Of a stretch of DNA of 64,000 nt, positions 20,447 to 30,483 are shown in pieces. Position 1 is the stretch's first letter; each line of letters begins with the position of its first letter. The DNA lies in NCBI GenBank assembly GCA_018644665.1, contig JABGQA010000059.1:34839-98838 (forward strand). The letters run 5' to 3'. Both the position numbers and the translations under genes were made by a program. The notes below the pieces were generated by a model. That model did not search any database and was not told the DNA's origin. It saw only the letters and a list, made by a program, of their open reading frames with translations. Origin of the DNA: Candidatus Poribacteria bacterium (GTDB taxonomy: Bacteria; Poribacteria; WGA-4E; GCA-2687025).

Positions 20447-23400
20447 CCGCGTTGCCGTCGGAGCGGTCCAGGTCAGCCCTATCTTGAGTTCGTGCGTGCC
20501 GCCGCCGAGGTGGGCCGACTGTCGTTCCACCATGTCGATGACGGCGTCGCCGGCCTCCATGGTAAGTCGCCAGTGCGCCGGCACGTTTGGTCGCTCCCAC
20601 TCGAGAACGCCCGACGCGCCGTCAACGCGCGCGCTCATCACCCATTCCGTGCCGTCCCGTTCCATCGCCTGCACGCTACGCGTCAGACGTTGGACGGCGT
20701 CCTCCACGGTCAGGTAGAGGTGGGAGTAGTCACGGGTCGGCGGTTGCGGGGGCATCGCGATGTCGAGTCGGTCGTACCCCTCTCGCCCGTAGGAGCTAAG
20801 CCCGAGCTGAACGGGGCGACGGCCGCCGTCCTCGAGCTCGAGGCTAAGTGGCAGGGACCAGTCGAGGCTCGACAGCGATGGAGCGGAAGGGGTCTGTGCC
20901 GGGTGGAACAGCGAAGACCCGTCCGCGTCGAGGTGACGAGGCTGCGTCAACTGCGCTTCTACGGGTGCGCCGGTGTCGTTGTAGACCCAGTATCCGTTAC
21001 CGGAAACGAGTTCGCTGGTCAACGAGTAGCCACCGCTCCCTACGTCATACCCGAACACCGCGGCTTGGTTGCCGAACAGCTTGGATATGTTGCTCGCGGG
21101 AAAGTTCGAGTCGGATCCTACGCTCGCCGGCGCGCCTATCAGGTTCCAGCCAGGGTCTAAATGTACGGTGATGTCGCGCACGAAGGCGCTGTCCACGTCC
21201 ACGTCTAGGTCGTACGTTCCGCCGTTCGAGTTGATAAAGACACCGCCTGCGACGGCAGGAATCTCGTCTTGTGTCAGGAAGCCGACGCCCTTGTAGCCGT
21301 TGTTCCACACGAAGGCCGAGTTCGTGAACGCGTCCAGCGGGCTCAGGTCACCCATGCCTGGAACCGACACCAGGTTCCACCCAGGCGATAGGGAGCCGCT
21401 CACCGGCGTCGTGCCTCCCGCAGGTGATACGGTGATGTCGAAGTTGTATGACGTGTTGTCCGCGATCTGAATGCTCGACAGACCTTCGCCGGACATATCC
21501 CACGTTTCGCCGGTGGAGGCGTCGGTGATGGCCGCTGAGTGGGGGACGTCGGTGCGCCCCTCGAACTGCCCTAGTAGCACTACGACATCTGGCGCGTGCC
21601 ACTCGATGGTCGATCCCGAGCCCGCGCTGCCGGTACGAGTGTGAATCGACCACGTGTACGGGGACGCCGTCGAACTTATCGGCTCGATGACGCGGACGTA
21701 TGCGCCGTCGCTGTTGATCCAGGCGCGCGCCGGGGTACCCGGCGCCTCGGGAGGCGCGGGCTCCGCTGTCAGATCACGGATCGTCCCCGTGGATGTCGGA
21801 GAGATGTCGATTACGCCCTCCGGCCCTGCGCCGAACCGAAGGTCCCTGGAGAAGCTCCCATCGCCCGCATGGATGCTCAGGGCCACCTCGGCCACCGGAT
21901 GAATGTCGACTAGCGTCGTGGCGGTAACGGGCGCGCTCCCCAGTTCGCTGTTGTCCGCCACGGTGAGCGTGACGACATCGGTAAGTCCGTCGCCGAAGGC
22001 GACGTCCGTGTAGGCGGGCGCCGTGTATCGCAATGTGGCCCCCGCTACGGACACGGACGCTCCCAGCGCCGAGACCGCGCTGCTGAATACGAGCCCGTCT
22101 CCGTCGCTATCGTAGATGCTGGGATCCGGGGAGCCGTCGGAATCCGTATCCGCTAGATCGACGAGGGGGATGTTCACGATGCTGCCCGACGCAGCGAAGG
22201 CGGAACCCTCGCGGTCCACAACGACCGGCTGGTTCACATCGACGATGTTCAGATCCACGACCATGGACCCAGACGATACCGTGGGATCCCCATCGTCCGT
22301 GACGTCTATGATGAACGCGTCGGACGCTTCGAAGCCCGCGGAGCTCTGCGGCGCGCCCGAGTACTGCACCTCCACCGACCCGCTCGTGACAGTCAACGTG
22401 TCGCCCGCGAGCAGATCGTCGCCCGTCGACGGGTCGATAAGTGTCCCTAGGGATGGAACGCTCACGATCTCCAGCGTGTGCGTCGGCCCGACGCCGCCCG
22501 TAACGTCGACAACGATGACCGAGGGTGGGTCGCTGTATTCGTTGACCACGTACGGCGCCGCCGTCGACTCCGCGACGCCATCCGCGTCGGCATCCGCCTG
22601 AACGACGACCTCGAGTGGGTCGGGCTCCGGGATCGGCGTCGTGTTCTCGTAGTAGTAGACGCTGCCGAACCTATTCCCGATGATGGCGTCCGCGTCGCCA
22701 TCGCCGTCGACATCCACGAGGCTGGGAGCGGGCGCTAGGTCGTACGGCAGGATGTCCAAGGGATTGTCGGCTGCTTCCAGCCGGACGAACGCCGGGGCTG
22801 AGGGTGTGCCGGTGTTCCTGTAGTGAATCACCGCTTGGTAGGTGTCGGCGTTTTGCTCAATCTCGACGTAGGGGGAGACGCCGACGAACACGTCAAGATC
22901 CCCGTCGCTGTCGATGTCCACGAAGCTTGGCGCGGGAGCTCCATAGTCGGAGTACGCGCTCGTCAAGGGGTTCGCGGCTCCTACCCGCTCAACGAAACTT
23001 GGGTTCGTTGCTATGCCCGTGTTCTCGAAGAAGAGCACGTCGCCAATGGTGCTGTAGATACCGACGAACGCGTCGAGGTCACCGTCCGCGTCGATGTCCA
23101 CGAACGTCGGGAGCGTACCGTACTCGCTGCCGGTGTTTACGAAGCCCAGTGGGTTTCCAGGCCCAGACAGCACGCTGCGCCTCGTGAATGTCGGGCTCGA
23201 CGGCGTGCCGGTGTTCTCGTAATACAGGGTCGAGCCGTGGGCATCGTCCCCGACATCGTGGTGCGCCGCGCCGACAAAAGCGTCGAAATCGCCGTCGTTG
23301 TCTATGTCCACGAAGCTGGGACTCACCGCTCCGTACAAAGCGAGGACGTCCGAACCGACGAGGTCGCCGAGGGGATTCGCGGCGCCGGCCTGTGCCTGGA

Positions 23401-23701
23401 AGCTTGGACTGGTGGCCGAACCGACGTTCTCGTAGTAGTGAATGCTTCCGGGCGTTGGTGCAGAACCGTACTCTCCGACGAAAAGATCGAAATCTCCGTC
23501 GTCGTCAATGTCCACAAGCACGGGGTAAGAGTTGCCCGTCACGGCGACGGCGTCCAAGGGGTTGGCGGCGCCGAGCCGTTCCTCGAACGTGGTGACGCCG
23601 TGCGCGGCCCCTACGGCCACCGACATCGAGAGAACACCACCTGCCAGAGACCATCCAAGACGAGACGCAAGGCGTTGCAGGCGGCGCGTGAGCCGCGCCA
23701 T
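20165..23701 (-). CDS. giant secreted FG-GAP/VCBS-repeat and cadherin/Ig-like surface protein with a T9SS-type (Por/FlgD-Ig-like) C-terminal domain
   Basis: About seven FVDIDxDGDxDxFVG FG-GAP units are present. The central acidic Ig-like stretches include DGDGLVFSS and VTDDGDP. The C-terminal 93 aa read LMPNYPNPFNPETWIPFEL...GVYLYEIRAGE. The ATG at 23701 gives MARLTRRLQRLASRLGWSLAGGVLSMSVAVGAAHG, but the ORF stays open to 24088. Confidence 0.85.
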   Translation of the reverse strand: MARLTRRLQRLASRLGWSLAGGVLSMSVAVGAAHGVTTFEERLGAANPLDAVAVTGNSYPVLVDIDDDGDFDLFVGEYGSAPTPGSIHYYENVGSATSPSFQAQAGAANPLGDLVGSDVLALYGAVSPSFVDIDNDGDFDAFVGAAHHDVGDDAHGSTLYYENTGTPSSPTFTRRSVLSGPGNPLGFVNTGSEYGTLPTFVDIDADGDLDAFVGIYSTIGDVLFFENTGIATNPSFVERVGAANPLTSAYSDYGAPAPSFVDIDSDGDLDVFVGVSPYVEIEQNADTYQAVIHYRNTGTPSAPAFVRLEAADNPLDILPYDLAPAPSLVDVDGDGDADAIIGNRFGSVYYYENTTPIPEPDPLEVVVQADADADGVAESTAAPYVVNEYSDPPSVIVVDVTGGVGPTHTLEIVSVPSLGTLIDPSTGDDLLAGDTLTVTSGSVEVQYSGAPQSSAGFEASDAFIIDVTDDGDPTVSSGSMVVDLNIVDVNQPVVVDREGSAFAASGSIVNIPLVDLADTDSDGSPDPSIYDSDGDGLVFSSAVSALGASVSVAGATLRYTAPAYTDVAFGDGLTDVVTLTVADNSELGSAPVTATTLVDIHPVAEVALSIHAGDGSFSRDLRFGAGPEGVIDISPTSTGTIRDLTAEPAPPEAPGTPARAWINSDGAYVRVIEPISSTASPYTWSIHTRTGSAGSGSTIEWHAPDVVVLLGQFEGRTDVPHSAAITDASTGETWDMSGEGLSSIQIADNTSYNFDITVSPAGGTTPVSGSLSPGWNLVSVPGMGDLSPLDAFTNSAFVWNNGYKGVGFLTQDEIPAVAGGVFINSNGGTYDLDVDVDSAFVRDITVHLDPGWNLIGAPASVGSDSNFPASNISKLFGNQAAVFGYDVGSGGYSLTSELVSGNGYWVYNDTGAPVEAQLTQPRHLDADGSSLFHPAQTPSAPSLSSLDWSLPLSLELEDGGRRPVQLGLSSYGREGYDRLDIAMPPQPPTRDYSHLYLTVEDAVQRLTRSVQAMERDGTEWVMSARVDGASGVLEWERPNVPAHWRLTMEAGDAVIDMVERQSAHLGGGTHELKIGLTWTAPTATRLMPNYPNPFNPETWIPFELTEEADVTVRIYGKDGAVVRSLNLGRRPEGYYTGGADAAYWDGRNELGEPVASGVYLYEIRAGEYRAIRRMTLMK

Positions 23702-24500
23702 CCGGTGAGTCAGCCGTCGGCGTTTCTGTCTAGGCAGGCTCCAGAGCGTCCCGGCCCGCAAACGGCGCACGAAACGTGAGAAGTACTTGCGTAGCCTTCT
23801 CTGCGTGTACAGGAACTCACGCTCGTGGATGCTGCTGACCTTGAGGCGTGCAGGGATGTCACCAACACGCGCCCACGTCGCCACCGAGTCGAGGTCAATG
23901 CACAAGCGCGCCCCGCTGCGACGGGGTCGGGGGAGTTGTCCCGCAACTCCTGGGCGGGCCGGGAGCCGGGGAGTCTGCTCGCCTCTGTCGCCACTGTTCC
24001 CGGGGGCGCGGATCATCCGGTTCGATTCTCCACATCCGTGGGTATCACCAAGCACACTGCCCAAAAAGAAGAACAGAGGCCTGTACACCCGCGATCCGAT
24101 CTGGACACCGGTTGCTCGGGCCTATGCTGAGGTTGAGGCACGAAGGTACGCCCACGGGACAGCAATGGACTACTGATAGCCGCTGATGTCGGCCTTTGTA
24201 AGGCGGACCCCTGCAACATGGGCGGTGGGACGCGGGTGGACCCCGCAGGGAACCTGGGCACGCGCGAGATGTCGGGAGTTCCCTCGAATGTGGTGAGGCC
24301 GTATTCTGAGCCTACGGAGGACCGGCGATGACGCCTTGCCGATCGCGCGCGCGGATCCGAGCCGCCTTGGAGACTGTAGTTCTTCGCACGCGATCCAACG
24401 GGGGCACGCGCAGCGCGCGACCCCTACGTCGCGAGGAGTACGTCACGCCTGCTGACAGTGGCTGTAGCGTCGGGCTAGACCGCTTAACAGGGCGCAGTAC

Positions 24501-25592
24501 ATGAACAACCCGCCGCCGCCATTCAATTGTACGTACTCACCGAACCTGCCGGAGTTGCTCTGGCAACTCGGGTGCACGCTGGTCATCAGCACTTACCAGG
24601 CCGGGAAAGTCATCTTCATCAGCGCCCAGGACGCTGAGCGCCTGGTACAACTGCCACGCAACTTCCAAACGCCGATGGGCCTCGCGGTGGATGGACACCG
24701 CCTGGCGGTCGCCACGAGGAACGAGGTCGTCGTACTCGCGAACGCGCCGGACCTGGCGGAGAGTTACCCACGACAGCCGGACACGTACGACGCGCTGTAC
24801 ATGCCCAGGGCGGTCTACTTCACCGGCACGGTGAACACCCATGACCTCGCGTGGGGAGTCGATGGACTGTGGGCAGTCAACACGCTCTTCTCGTGCCTGG
24901 CGCTCGTCGACGATACATACAGCTTCCGGCCACAGTGGCAGCCCCGGTTCATCAGCGAGCTGGCATCCGAGGATCGCTGCCACCTGAACGGTATGGCAAT
25001 GCTGGACGGCCGCCCGCGGTACGTCTCCGCGTTGGGAGCGACCGACACGCCACGAGGCTGGAGCCCCGGAAAGGTGAGCGGCGGAATACTGATGGATGTG
25101 GAGAGCGGCGAGGTCATGCTCGACGGGCTGCCGATGCCGCACACGCCGAGGGTGTACGACGACCGGCTGTACCTCCTGCTGTCGGCCACTGGCGAACTAG
25201 TGTGCGTCGATCGGGACGCAGGCTCGTATGAAGTCGTCGCTAAGATGCCCGGCTTCGTCCGGGGTATGGCGCGCGTCGGCGACCACCTATTCATAGGGCT
25301 GTCGCGCCTACGCACATCCAGCCGGACCTTCGGCGACCTGCCCATCGCTAAGGAGTCCGTCTTCTCGGGCGTCTACGTGGTGTATCTCCCCGGTGGCCAC
25401 ATCGTCGGCCATCTCAAGTACATGACCAGTTGCGAGGAGATCTACGATCTCGCGGCGCTCCCCGGGATGCGGCGGCCGGGCATGATGGGACTCGAACACG
25501 AGCACCGACGCGGCCTGTCTATACCCACGACCGGATTCTGGGCGCGAGAGACCGAGGCGCAGGACGCATCCGATGGGGAAGACGCGCCATAG
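24501..25592 (+). CDS. TIGR03032/DUF4915-like conserved hypothetical protein
   Basis: Motifs recalled for this family are STYQAGKVIFIS, EDRCHLNGMA, GLPMPHTPRVY, PGFVRGMA and GLSRLR. This is recognition from memory only. Confidence 0.6.
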   Translation: MNNPPPPFNCTYSPNLPELLWQLGCTLVISTYQAGKVIFISAQDAERLVQLPRNFQTPMGLAVDGHRLAVATRNEVVVLANAPDLAESYPRQPDTYDALYMPRAVYFTGTVNTHDLAWGVDGLWAVNTLFSCLALVDDTYSFRPQWQPRFISELASEDRCHLNGMAMLDGRPRYVSALGATDTPRGWSPGKVSGGILMDVESGEVMLDGLPMPHTPRVYDDRLYLLLSATGELVCVDRDAGSYEVVAKMPGFVRGMARVGDHLFIGLSRLRTSSRTFGDLPIAKESVFSGVYVVYLPGGHIVGHLKYMTSCEEIYDLAALPGMRRPGMMGLEHEHRRGLSIPTTGFWARETEAQDASDGEDAP

Positions 25593-26055
25593 GCGTGGAT
25601 GACCACGCCGGTGGCCATCCGCTCGCCGTCACGCTCGACGGATTGTCGCCGTACCGCGCATGGTCTGCGGCTCCACGCTTCGCTCCAGGTGGGATCATGC
25701 GGGCGTCGGGCTCCGCGGGTGCCAGCCCGCGAAACGCCGAGGCTCCCAACTACAGGCACACCGTCGCACCCGGCCGTAACCGCGCGAGCCGAGATCCCTG
25801 GGGTGCATCTAACGGTGGACGCCTGCTTCTGGGCCGGCAGGCAAAGGCGTTGATCTGCGCTTCTTCGGCCTGCGGAAGTTTCGCGCGGTGGCGCGGTGTT
25901 CCCCCGGCGCGCGTTGGAGGGTTGCGTCGTCGCCTGCGTGTGGAAGTCGGTCGGGTCGGCATACTGTGTGCCCACGTACCCTCTGTGTCCGTGGCGTGCG
26001 GTACGTGCCGGCCTATGCGACCATCCGGCGCAGCAACCGAGGGAGAACAGTGGAG

Positions 26056-27075
26056 ATGCAGGCCGAGTCGTTTGTCGATTTTCTGGATGCCTACGGGCGC
26101 GAACATCCGCCGTCCCTTCCGCTCTCCGCGGACGTAGATGTCGCCGAGTGGCAGGGGCGCTTCCGTGACGCCGTCGAGTCACTACGCGGACCACTCCCGA
26201 CGCGCGTCGCGCCATCCGTCGCCATCGTCGAGTCCGTCGAGGAGGCGGACCACACGCGGCACCTCGTCCGCATCGCGGTGAGCCGCGTGTCCACGCTGAT
26301 CGCGTACTTGCTGGTACCGAACGACATCGGCCCGGGCGAACGAAGGCCTGGACTGATCGTCTCGCACGGACACGCGCCGTACGGCATCGACTCCGTGTGC
26401 GGCGTCCGGGGCATGGACGAAGGGGACGCCGCGCGACGCGCGTACGCGCTGTTCGCGGTTCAGAGCGGCTACGTCACCCTGGCGCCCGCGTGGTGGGGAT
26501 GGGCGGGCCGCGACGGACATCTCGACCGCGTCGGCTCCCGTGATCGCTGCAACGTCATCCAGATGGCAGCGGGGATGTACGGCCTCAACGTCGTCGACCT
26601 GCACATCCAGGACGGTCAAGCCGCTCTCGACGCGCTTTCTGCCCGTCCCGAAGTGGACCCGGCGCGCATCGGCTGTATCGGCAACTCGTACGGCGGCCGG
26701 ACGACCATGTGGCTGACGATCTTCGACGAGCGCATCCGCGCGTGCGTGTCGGCGGGCGCCATGAACACGTTCCGCGAGCGCTCGCTGAAGCTGTCCTCCT
26801 GCGGCATCCAGTATCTGCCGGGCATCCTGCGCTACGGCGACACGCCGGAACTGTTCAGCCTGATCGCGCCGCGTCCGATGCAACTGCAAGCCGGCGCGGG
26901 CGATGGTCTCATCACCGACGAGGATCGGGACCACATCGAGGCGACCGTGCGGCGCGCCTACGCGGCCCTGGGCGCTTCCGCAAGCTACGATTACCAGGCG
27001 CACCCGAGCGGTCACCTGCTCGACTGGGAGCGGGCCGCTCCATTCCTGGCGGAACACTTGAATCACGGGAGATAG
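26056..27075 (+). CDS. alpha/beta hydrolase (dienelactone hydrolase / acetyl-esterase-like)
   Basis: The nucleophile elbow is IGCIGNSYGGRTT (GxSxG). An SD sequence, GGGAGA, lies upstream of the ATG at 26056. The upstream part of the ORF is Arg/Cys-rich and unlikely to be coding. Confidence 0.7.
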   Translation: MQAESFVDFLDAYGREHPPSLPLSADVDVAEWQGRFRDAVESLRGPLPTRVAPSVAIVESVEEADHTRHLVRIAVSRVSTLIAYLLVPNDIGPGERRPGLIVSHGHAPYGIDSVCGVRGMDEGDAARRAYALFAVQSGYVTLAPAWWGWAGRDGHLDRVGSRDRCNVIQMAAGMYGLNVVDLHIQDGQAALDALSARPEVDPARIGCIGNSYGGRTTMWLTIFDERIRACVSAGAMNTFRERSLKLSSCGIQYLPGILRYGDTPELFSLIAPRPMQLQAGAGDGLITDEDRDHIEATVRRAYAALGASASYDYQAHPSGHLLDWERAAPFLAEHLNHGR

Positions 27076-27078
27076 ATC

Positions 27079-28257
27079 TTGGCCGTAGAGGTACGTGGCT
27101 TGACCGACGACGAGGCGGGTCTTTATCGCGACATGGTGAACGCCCGCGGCCACACCCCTATCGAGTATTACCTGAGTCACTACGACGGCCTCGGCGGCGG
27201 CTGGGACAACAGCCGTGTCGCCCTTGTGGATGGACGCATCGCCGCGCACGCGCGCCTTTACAACCGCTCCGTCCGATGGGGCGGCGGAACCATCCAATGC
27301 GGTGGCATGGCGGACGTCTACACGCGCCCGGAGGACCGTCGGAAGGGGTACGGCCGCGACCTGCTGCGGGACTCCCTGGGTCGCTACCACGAGTGGGGAT
27401 GCGGATTCAGCCTCATCATCTCCGGCGTCGTCGAGTTCTACGCCGCGGAACACTGGGAGCGGTGGCCGACGTATCGCTTCGATCTGGCGGTGCAGCCCGA
27501 GAGGGTTCCCGAGGGCTCCGACTACCGCGTGCGGCGCTTCGACCGCAGCGCCGACCTCGATGCCGTCGCCGCAGTCTACGACGACTACAACCGTGATAGC
27601 CCCATGACGCTCGTTCGGGATGCCGCGTATTGGAGCAAGCACTTCTCCTGGTGCCGCAAGGAGCGGGAGGAGGCGTTCTACGTCGCGGAACTGGACGGCG
27701 CGATCGTCGGGTACATGCGCGCCGACACAAACACCATTTGGGAGACGGGCTACGTCGCGGGCCACGAAATGGCGGCGCTGTCGCTGCTGGGCGCCGAGAT
27801 GCGCCTCATGCGCAGTCGCGGGACGAAGCGATGCGGCGTCTATCTGCCCTGCCATGAGCCGCTCCTGTACATCCTGCGCACGCTGCGCTGCACGACCACT
27901 CTTGTCGAGACGAACCTCCTGCGCATCGTCGACCTGGAGCAGATGCTGCAAGCCCTCGCGCCTGGCTTCGCGAAGCAGTTCGCGGCGTGTGACCATCCCA
28001 CGCCACCGTCAGGCGCGGTGTCGCTCACTTCGTGCGGGCAGACCGTCTGCATCACGGCAGGCGCCGACGGCGTGACCGTGTCACACGAGATCCCCGAGGG
28101 AGCCGTGGACGTCTCGTTGCCGCAGCGCGACCTGTTCAACCTGATGACCGGCTCCGACGCCCACGTGCATATCGCCGCGCCGAAGGCCACGCGCGACCTG
28201 TTGGAAGTGCTGTTCCCGAAGCGCAACCCAATGTGGTGGCCCATAGATACCGTGTAG
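27079..28257 (+). CDS. GNAT family N-acetyltransferase, Eis-like multi-domain architecture
   Basis: The acetyl-CoA motif is RRKGYGRDLL. A second GNAT-like half and a C-terminal SCP-like tail are suggested by the length (392 aa). The TTG start lies 4 bp after the preceding stop. Confidence 0.65.
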   Translation: MAVEVRGLTDDEAGLYRDMVNARGHTPIEYYLSHYDGLGGGWDNSRVALVDGRIAAHARLYNRSVRWGGGTIQCGGMADVYTRPEDRRKGYGRDLLRDSLGRYHEWGCGFSLIISGVVEFYAAEHWERWPTYRFDLAVQPERVPEGSDYRVRRFDRSADLDAVAAVYDDYNRDSPMTLVRDAAYWSKHFSWCRKEREEAFYVAELDGAIVGYMRADTNTIWETGYVAGHEMAALSLLGAEMRLMRSRGTKRCGVYLPCHEPLLYILRTLRCTTTLVETNLLRIVDLEQMLQALAPGFAKQFAACDHPTPPSGAVSLTSCGQTVCITAGADGVTVSHEIPEGAVDVSLPQRDLFNLMTGSDAHVHIAAPKATRDLLEVLFPKRNPMWWPIDTV

Positions 28258-28295
28258 ACAACCCGAACCGTCCGCCGGCTGCCGGGAGGTAAGAC

Positions 28296-29294
28296 ATGTC
28301 GGAACGCGTAAGCAGGTCGTTAGTGTTGGTGTCGCGGCCCGTAGGCGTGCCGAAGGAGAGCGACTTCCGCATCAAGGAAGCCGCGATCCCCGACCTCGCC
28401 GAGGGTCAGTTCCTCGTACGCAACATCTACATCTCGGTCGACCCGTACATGCGCGGGATGATGCGCGGGGTGGAAATCGGCTCCACGCCGAGCGGCGGCG
28501 CGGTCGGGCAGGTGGTCGAGTCGCGAAACGCCGACTTCGCCGAGGGATCGCTCGTAGTCAGCAACCAGAGTTGGCGCGAACACGCCCTGTGCGACTCCGC
28601 CGAGCGCATTGATCCGCAGATCTCGCCGCTATCGGCGTATCTGGGAGTCGTGGGCATGCCGGGCTTCACGGGGTGGTACGGCCTGACGCGGATCGGCCAG
28701 CCGCAGCCGGGCGAGACGGTCGTCGTCTCTGCTGCCGCCGGGGCCGTGGGCTCACTCGCCGGGCAGATAGCGAAGATCAAGGGATGCCGCGTCGTCGGGA
28801 CCGCTGGCGGGCCGGAGAAGTGCGCCCACTTGACCGACGACCTCGGCTTCGACGCCGCCATCGACTACCGCGCGGCGGACGACCTCCCAGGCGCCCTCCG
28901 CGAGGCTTGCCCCGATGGCATCGACGTGTACTACGAGAACGTCGGCGGGCCGATGCTGGAGGCCGTCCTCGGCCTCGTGAACCAGAACGCGCGCATCCCC
29001 GTGTGCGGCATGATCTCCGTCTACAACAACGAGGAGCCGGAGCCCGGCCCGCGCAACATGTTCGCGCTCATATATGGACGCGTCCTGATGCAGGGGTTCA
29101 TCATCTCCGACCACGTCGAACTGGCCGACGAGTTCCGCGCCGAGGTGACTGGCTGGATCAAGGACGGGCGCGTCACCTATCGCGAGACGGTGGTCGAGGG
29201 ACTGGAAGCCGCGCCGGGAGCTTTCATCGACCTGTTCAGCGGGCGCAACCTGGGCAAGATGGTCGTGCGCCTGGCGGACGATCCCTCCGTCTAG
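28296..29294 (+). CDS. NADP-dependent alkenal/one oxidoreductase (MDR family, CurA/YncB/PTGR-like)
   Basis: LVRNIYISVDPYMRGMM and the Rossmann motif AAAGAVGSLAGQIAKIKGCRVVG are present. The SD sequence is GGGAGG. Confidence 0.85.
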   Translation: MSERVSRSLVLVSRPVGVPKESDFRIKEAAIPDLAEGQFLVRNIYISVDPYMRGMMRGVEIGSTPSGGAVGQVVESRNADFAEGSLVVSNQSWREHALCDSAERIDPQISPLSAYLGVVGMPGFTGWYGLTRIGQPQPGETVVVSAAAGAVGSLAGQIAKIKGCRVVGTAGGPEKCAHLTDDLGFDAAIDYRAADDLPGALREACPDGIDVYYENVGGPMLEAVLGLVNQNARIPVCGMISVYNNEEPEPGPRNMFALIYGRVLMQGFIISDHVELADEFRAEVTGWIKDGRVTYRETVVEGLEAAPGAFIDLFSGRNLGKMVVRLADDPSV

Positions 29295-29464
29295 CGCCTC
29301 TAACGAGCGACGAGAGCGTCCTTGCCGGTCCGGACTTGATGCAACCCTCGGTGTGCCAAAGCCCGCGCGGGTACCTTCGTGCGCCTACCGGCTGGACATA
29401 ATCCCACATCAACCGTTGTAGCCCGCCTGCGGGCGCGCTAGAAGTAGGCAGAAGGAGACAGGCA

Positions 29465-30250
29465 ATGACCCATCTAAGATACCTGGTCGGCGGGATTGCG
29501 TTGACCGGCTTGGCGTTCCTAGCGACCGGCGCGAGCGCCCTCAGTCTGGACGGACTCGAACTCTACCTCCCGTTCGACGAGAACGGAGGCAAAACCGCCG
29601 AGGATATGTCCGGGAACGGCAACGACGGCTCGCTCGAGGGTGACGTGGCGTGGGTGGAAGGCGTGAACGGCTCCGCCGTCGAAGTCAGTGACGGCGCCGC
29701 GGACAACTTCGTCTCCGTCCCCAACGATGACTCCCTCAACCCCACGGAGACCATGTCGATCGTGGCGTGGTGCCTCATGTCCACCATGCCCGACGACAAC
29801 AACTCGATCATCACGAAGGCCGACACGTGGATGCTGCACACCAGCAACTGGCGTGGCGGTGGTGACCCCGTCGAATGGGAGCCGCTCTTCTGGACCCCCG
29901 CGTTCGTTGCGTGGCAGACGACGGCAAGCGCCACGGTGGCGCTGAACGAATGGCATCACATCGCGGGCGTGTATGACGGCTCCACAGTCCTCACATACCT
30001 CGACGGCGAAGAGGTCGGCTCATTCGACCAGTCGGGTTCACTCGCGACATCGAACGTCGACGTCATCATCGGCCGCGACAGTCGCGGCTGTTGCGTCGAG
30101 CGTAAGGCGCAGCAGGCGATCGACGACGCAATGATCTGGTCCCGCGCCCTCTCCGAGGGAGAGGTGAACGAGATCATCGCCGGCGTCTTGCTCGACGTAG
30201 ACGCGGCCGGAAAGACCGCGACGACGTGGGCCCGCCTGAAGCGGAAGTAG
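29465..30250 (+). CDS. secreted LamG (concanavalin-A-like lectin, Laminin_G_3) domain protein, paralog 1
   Basis: A signal peptide is followed by LELYLPFDENGGKTAEDMSGNGNDGSLEGDVAWVEG, WHHIAGVYDG and DDAMIWSRALSEGEV. The SD sequence is AAGGAGA. Confidence 0.8.
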   Translation: MTHLRYLVGGIALTGLAFLATGASALSLDGLELYLPFDENGGKTAEDMSGNGNDGSLEGDVAWVEGVNGSAVEVSDGAADNFVSVPNDDSLNPTETMSIVAWCLMSTMPDDNNSIITKADTWMLHTSNWRGGGDPVEWEPLFWTPAFVAWQTTASATVALNEWHHIAGVYDGSTVLTYLDGEEVGSFDQSGSLATSNVDVIIGRDSRGCCVERKAQQAIDDAMIWSRALSEGEVNEIIAGVLLDVDAAGKTATTWARLKRK

Positions 30251-30483
30251 GGCGATCGTGGCCTTCGCGGGCGTGTGTGGCGGCGAAAGGCGTGGCGCGA
30301 TAGCTAGCGCGCGCCCTTGCTCGCCGTCCCTACGTGTGTTACCTCTTGACCGCCACGGTTCTGTGGCTCGGTCGGGGAGGAACCGCGACGCCCGCGGCCC
30401 GGAGTTCGCCCGCAGGCGCGCCGCGCCTACGGGGAAGCGTTCGGCCTCCATCGACCACTTAGAAAACACGGAAGGAATGCCTT

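Noticed and set aside
24019-24028. GGTTCGATTC, a tRNA T-loop-like decamer
   Set aside because: The flanking bases cannot form a T-stem or an acceptor stem. The site lies in the open upstream extension of the giant adhesin ORF.
26182-27996. 604-aa ORF on the minus strand. Similar very long ORFs occur at 45946-47454(-), 52635-54359(-), 11679-13367(+), 2564-4069(+), 61010-62182(-), 62735-63613(-), 6405-7313(-), 7590-8582(-) and 57058-58140(-).
   Set aside because: They lie antisense or out of frame to genes with clear family motifs. They are Arg/Ala/Pro/Gly/His-rich with no recognisable domains. They are the expected stop-codon-poor shadow frames of GC-rich DNA.
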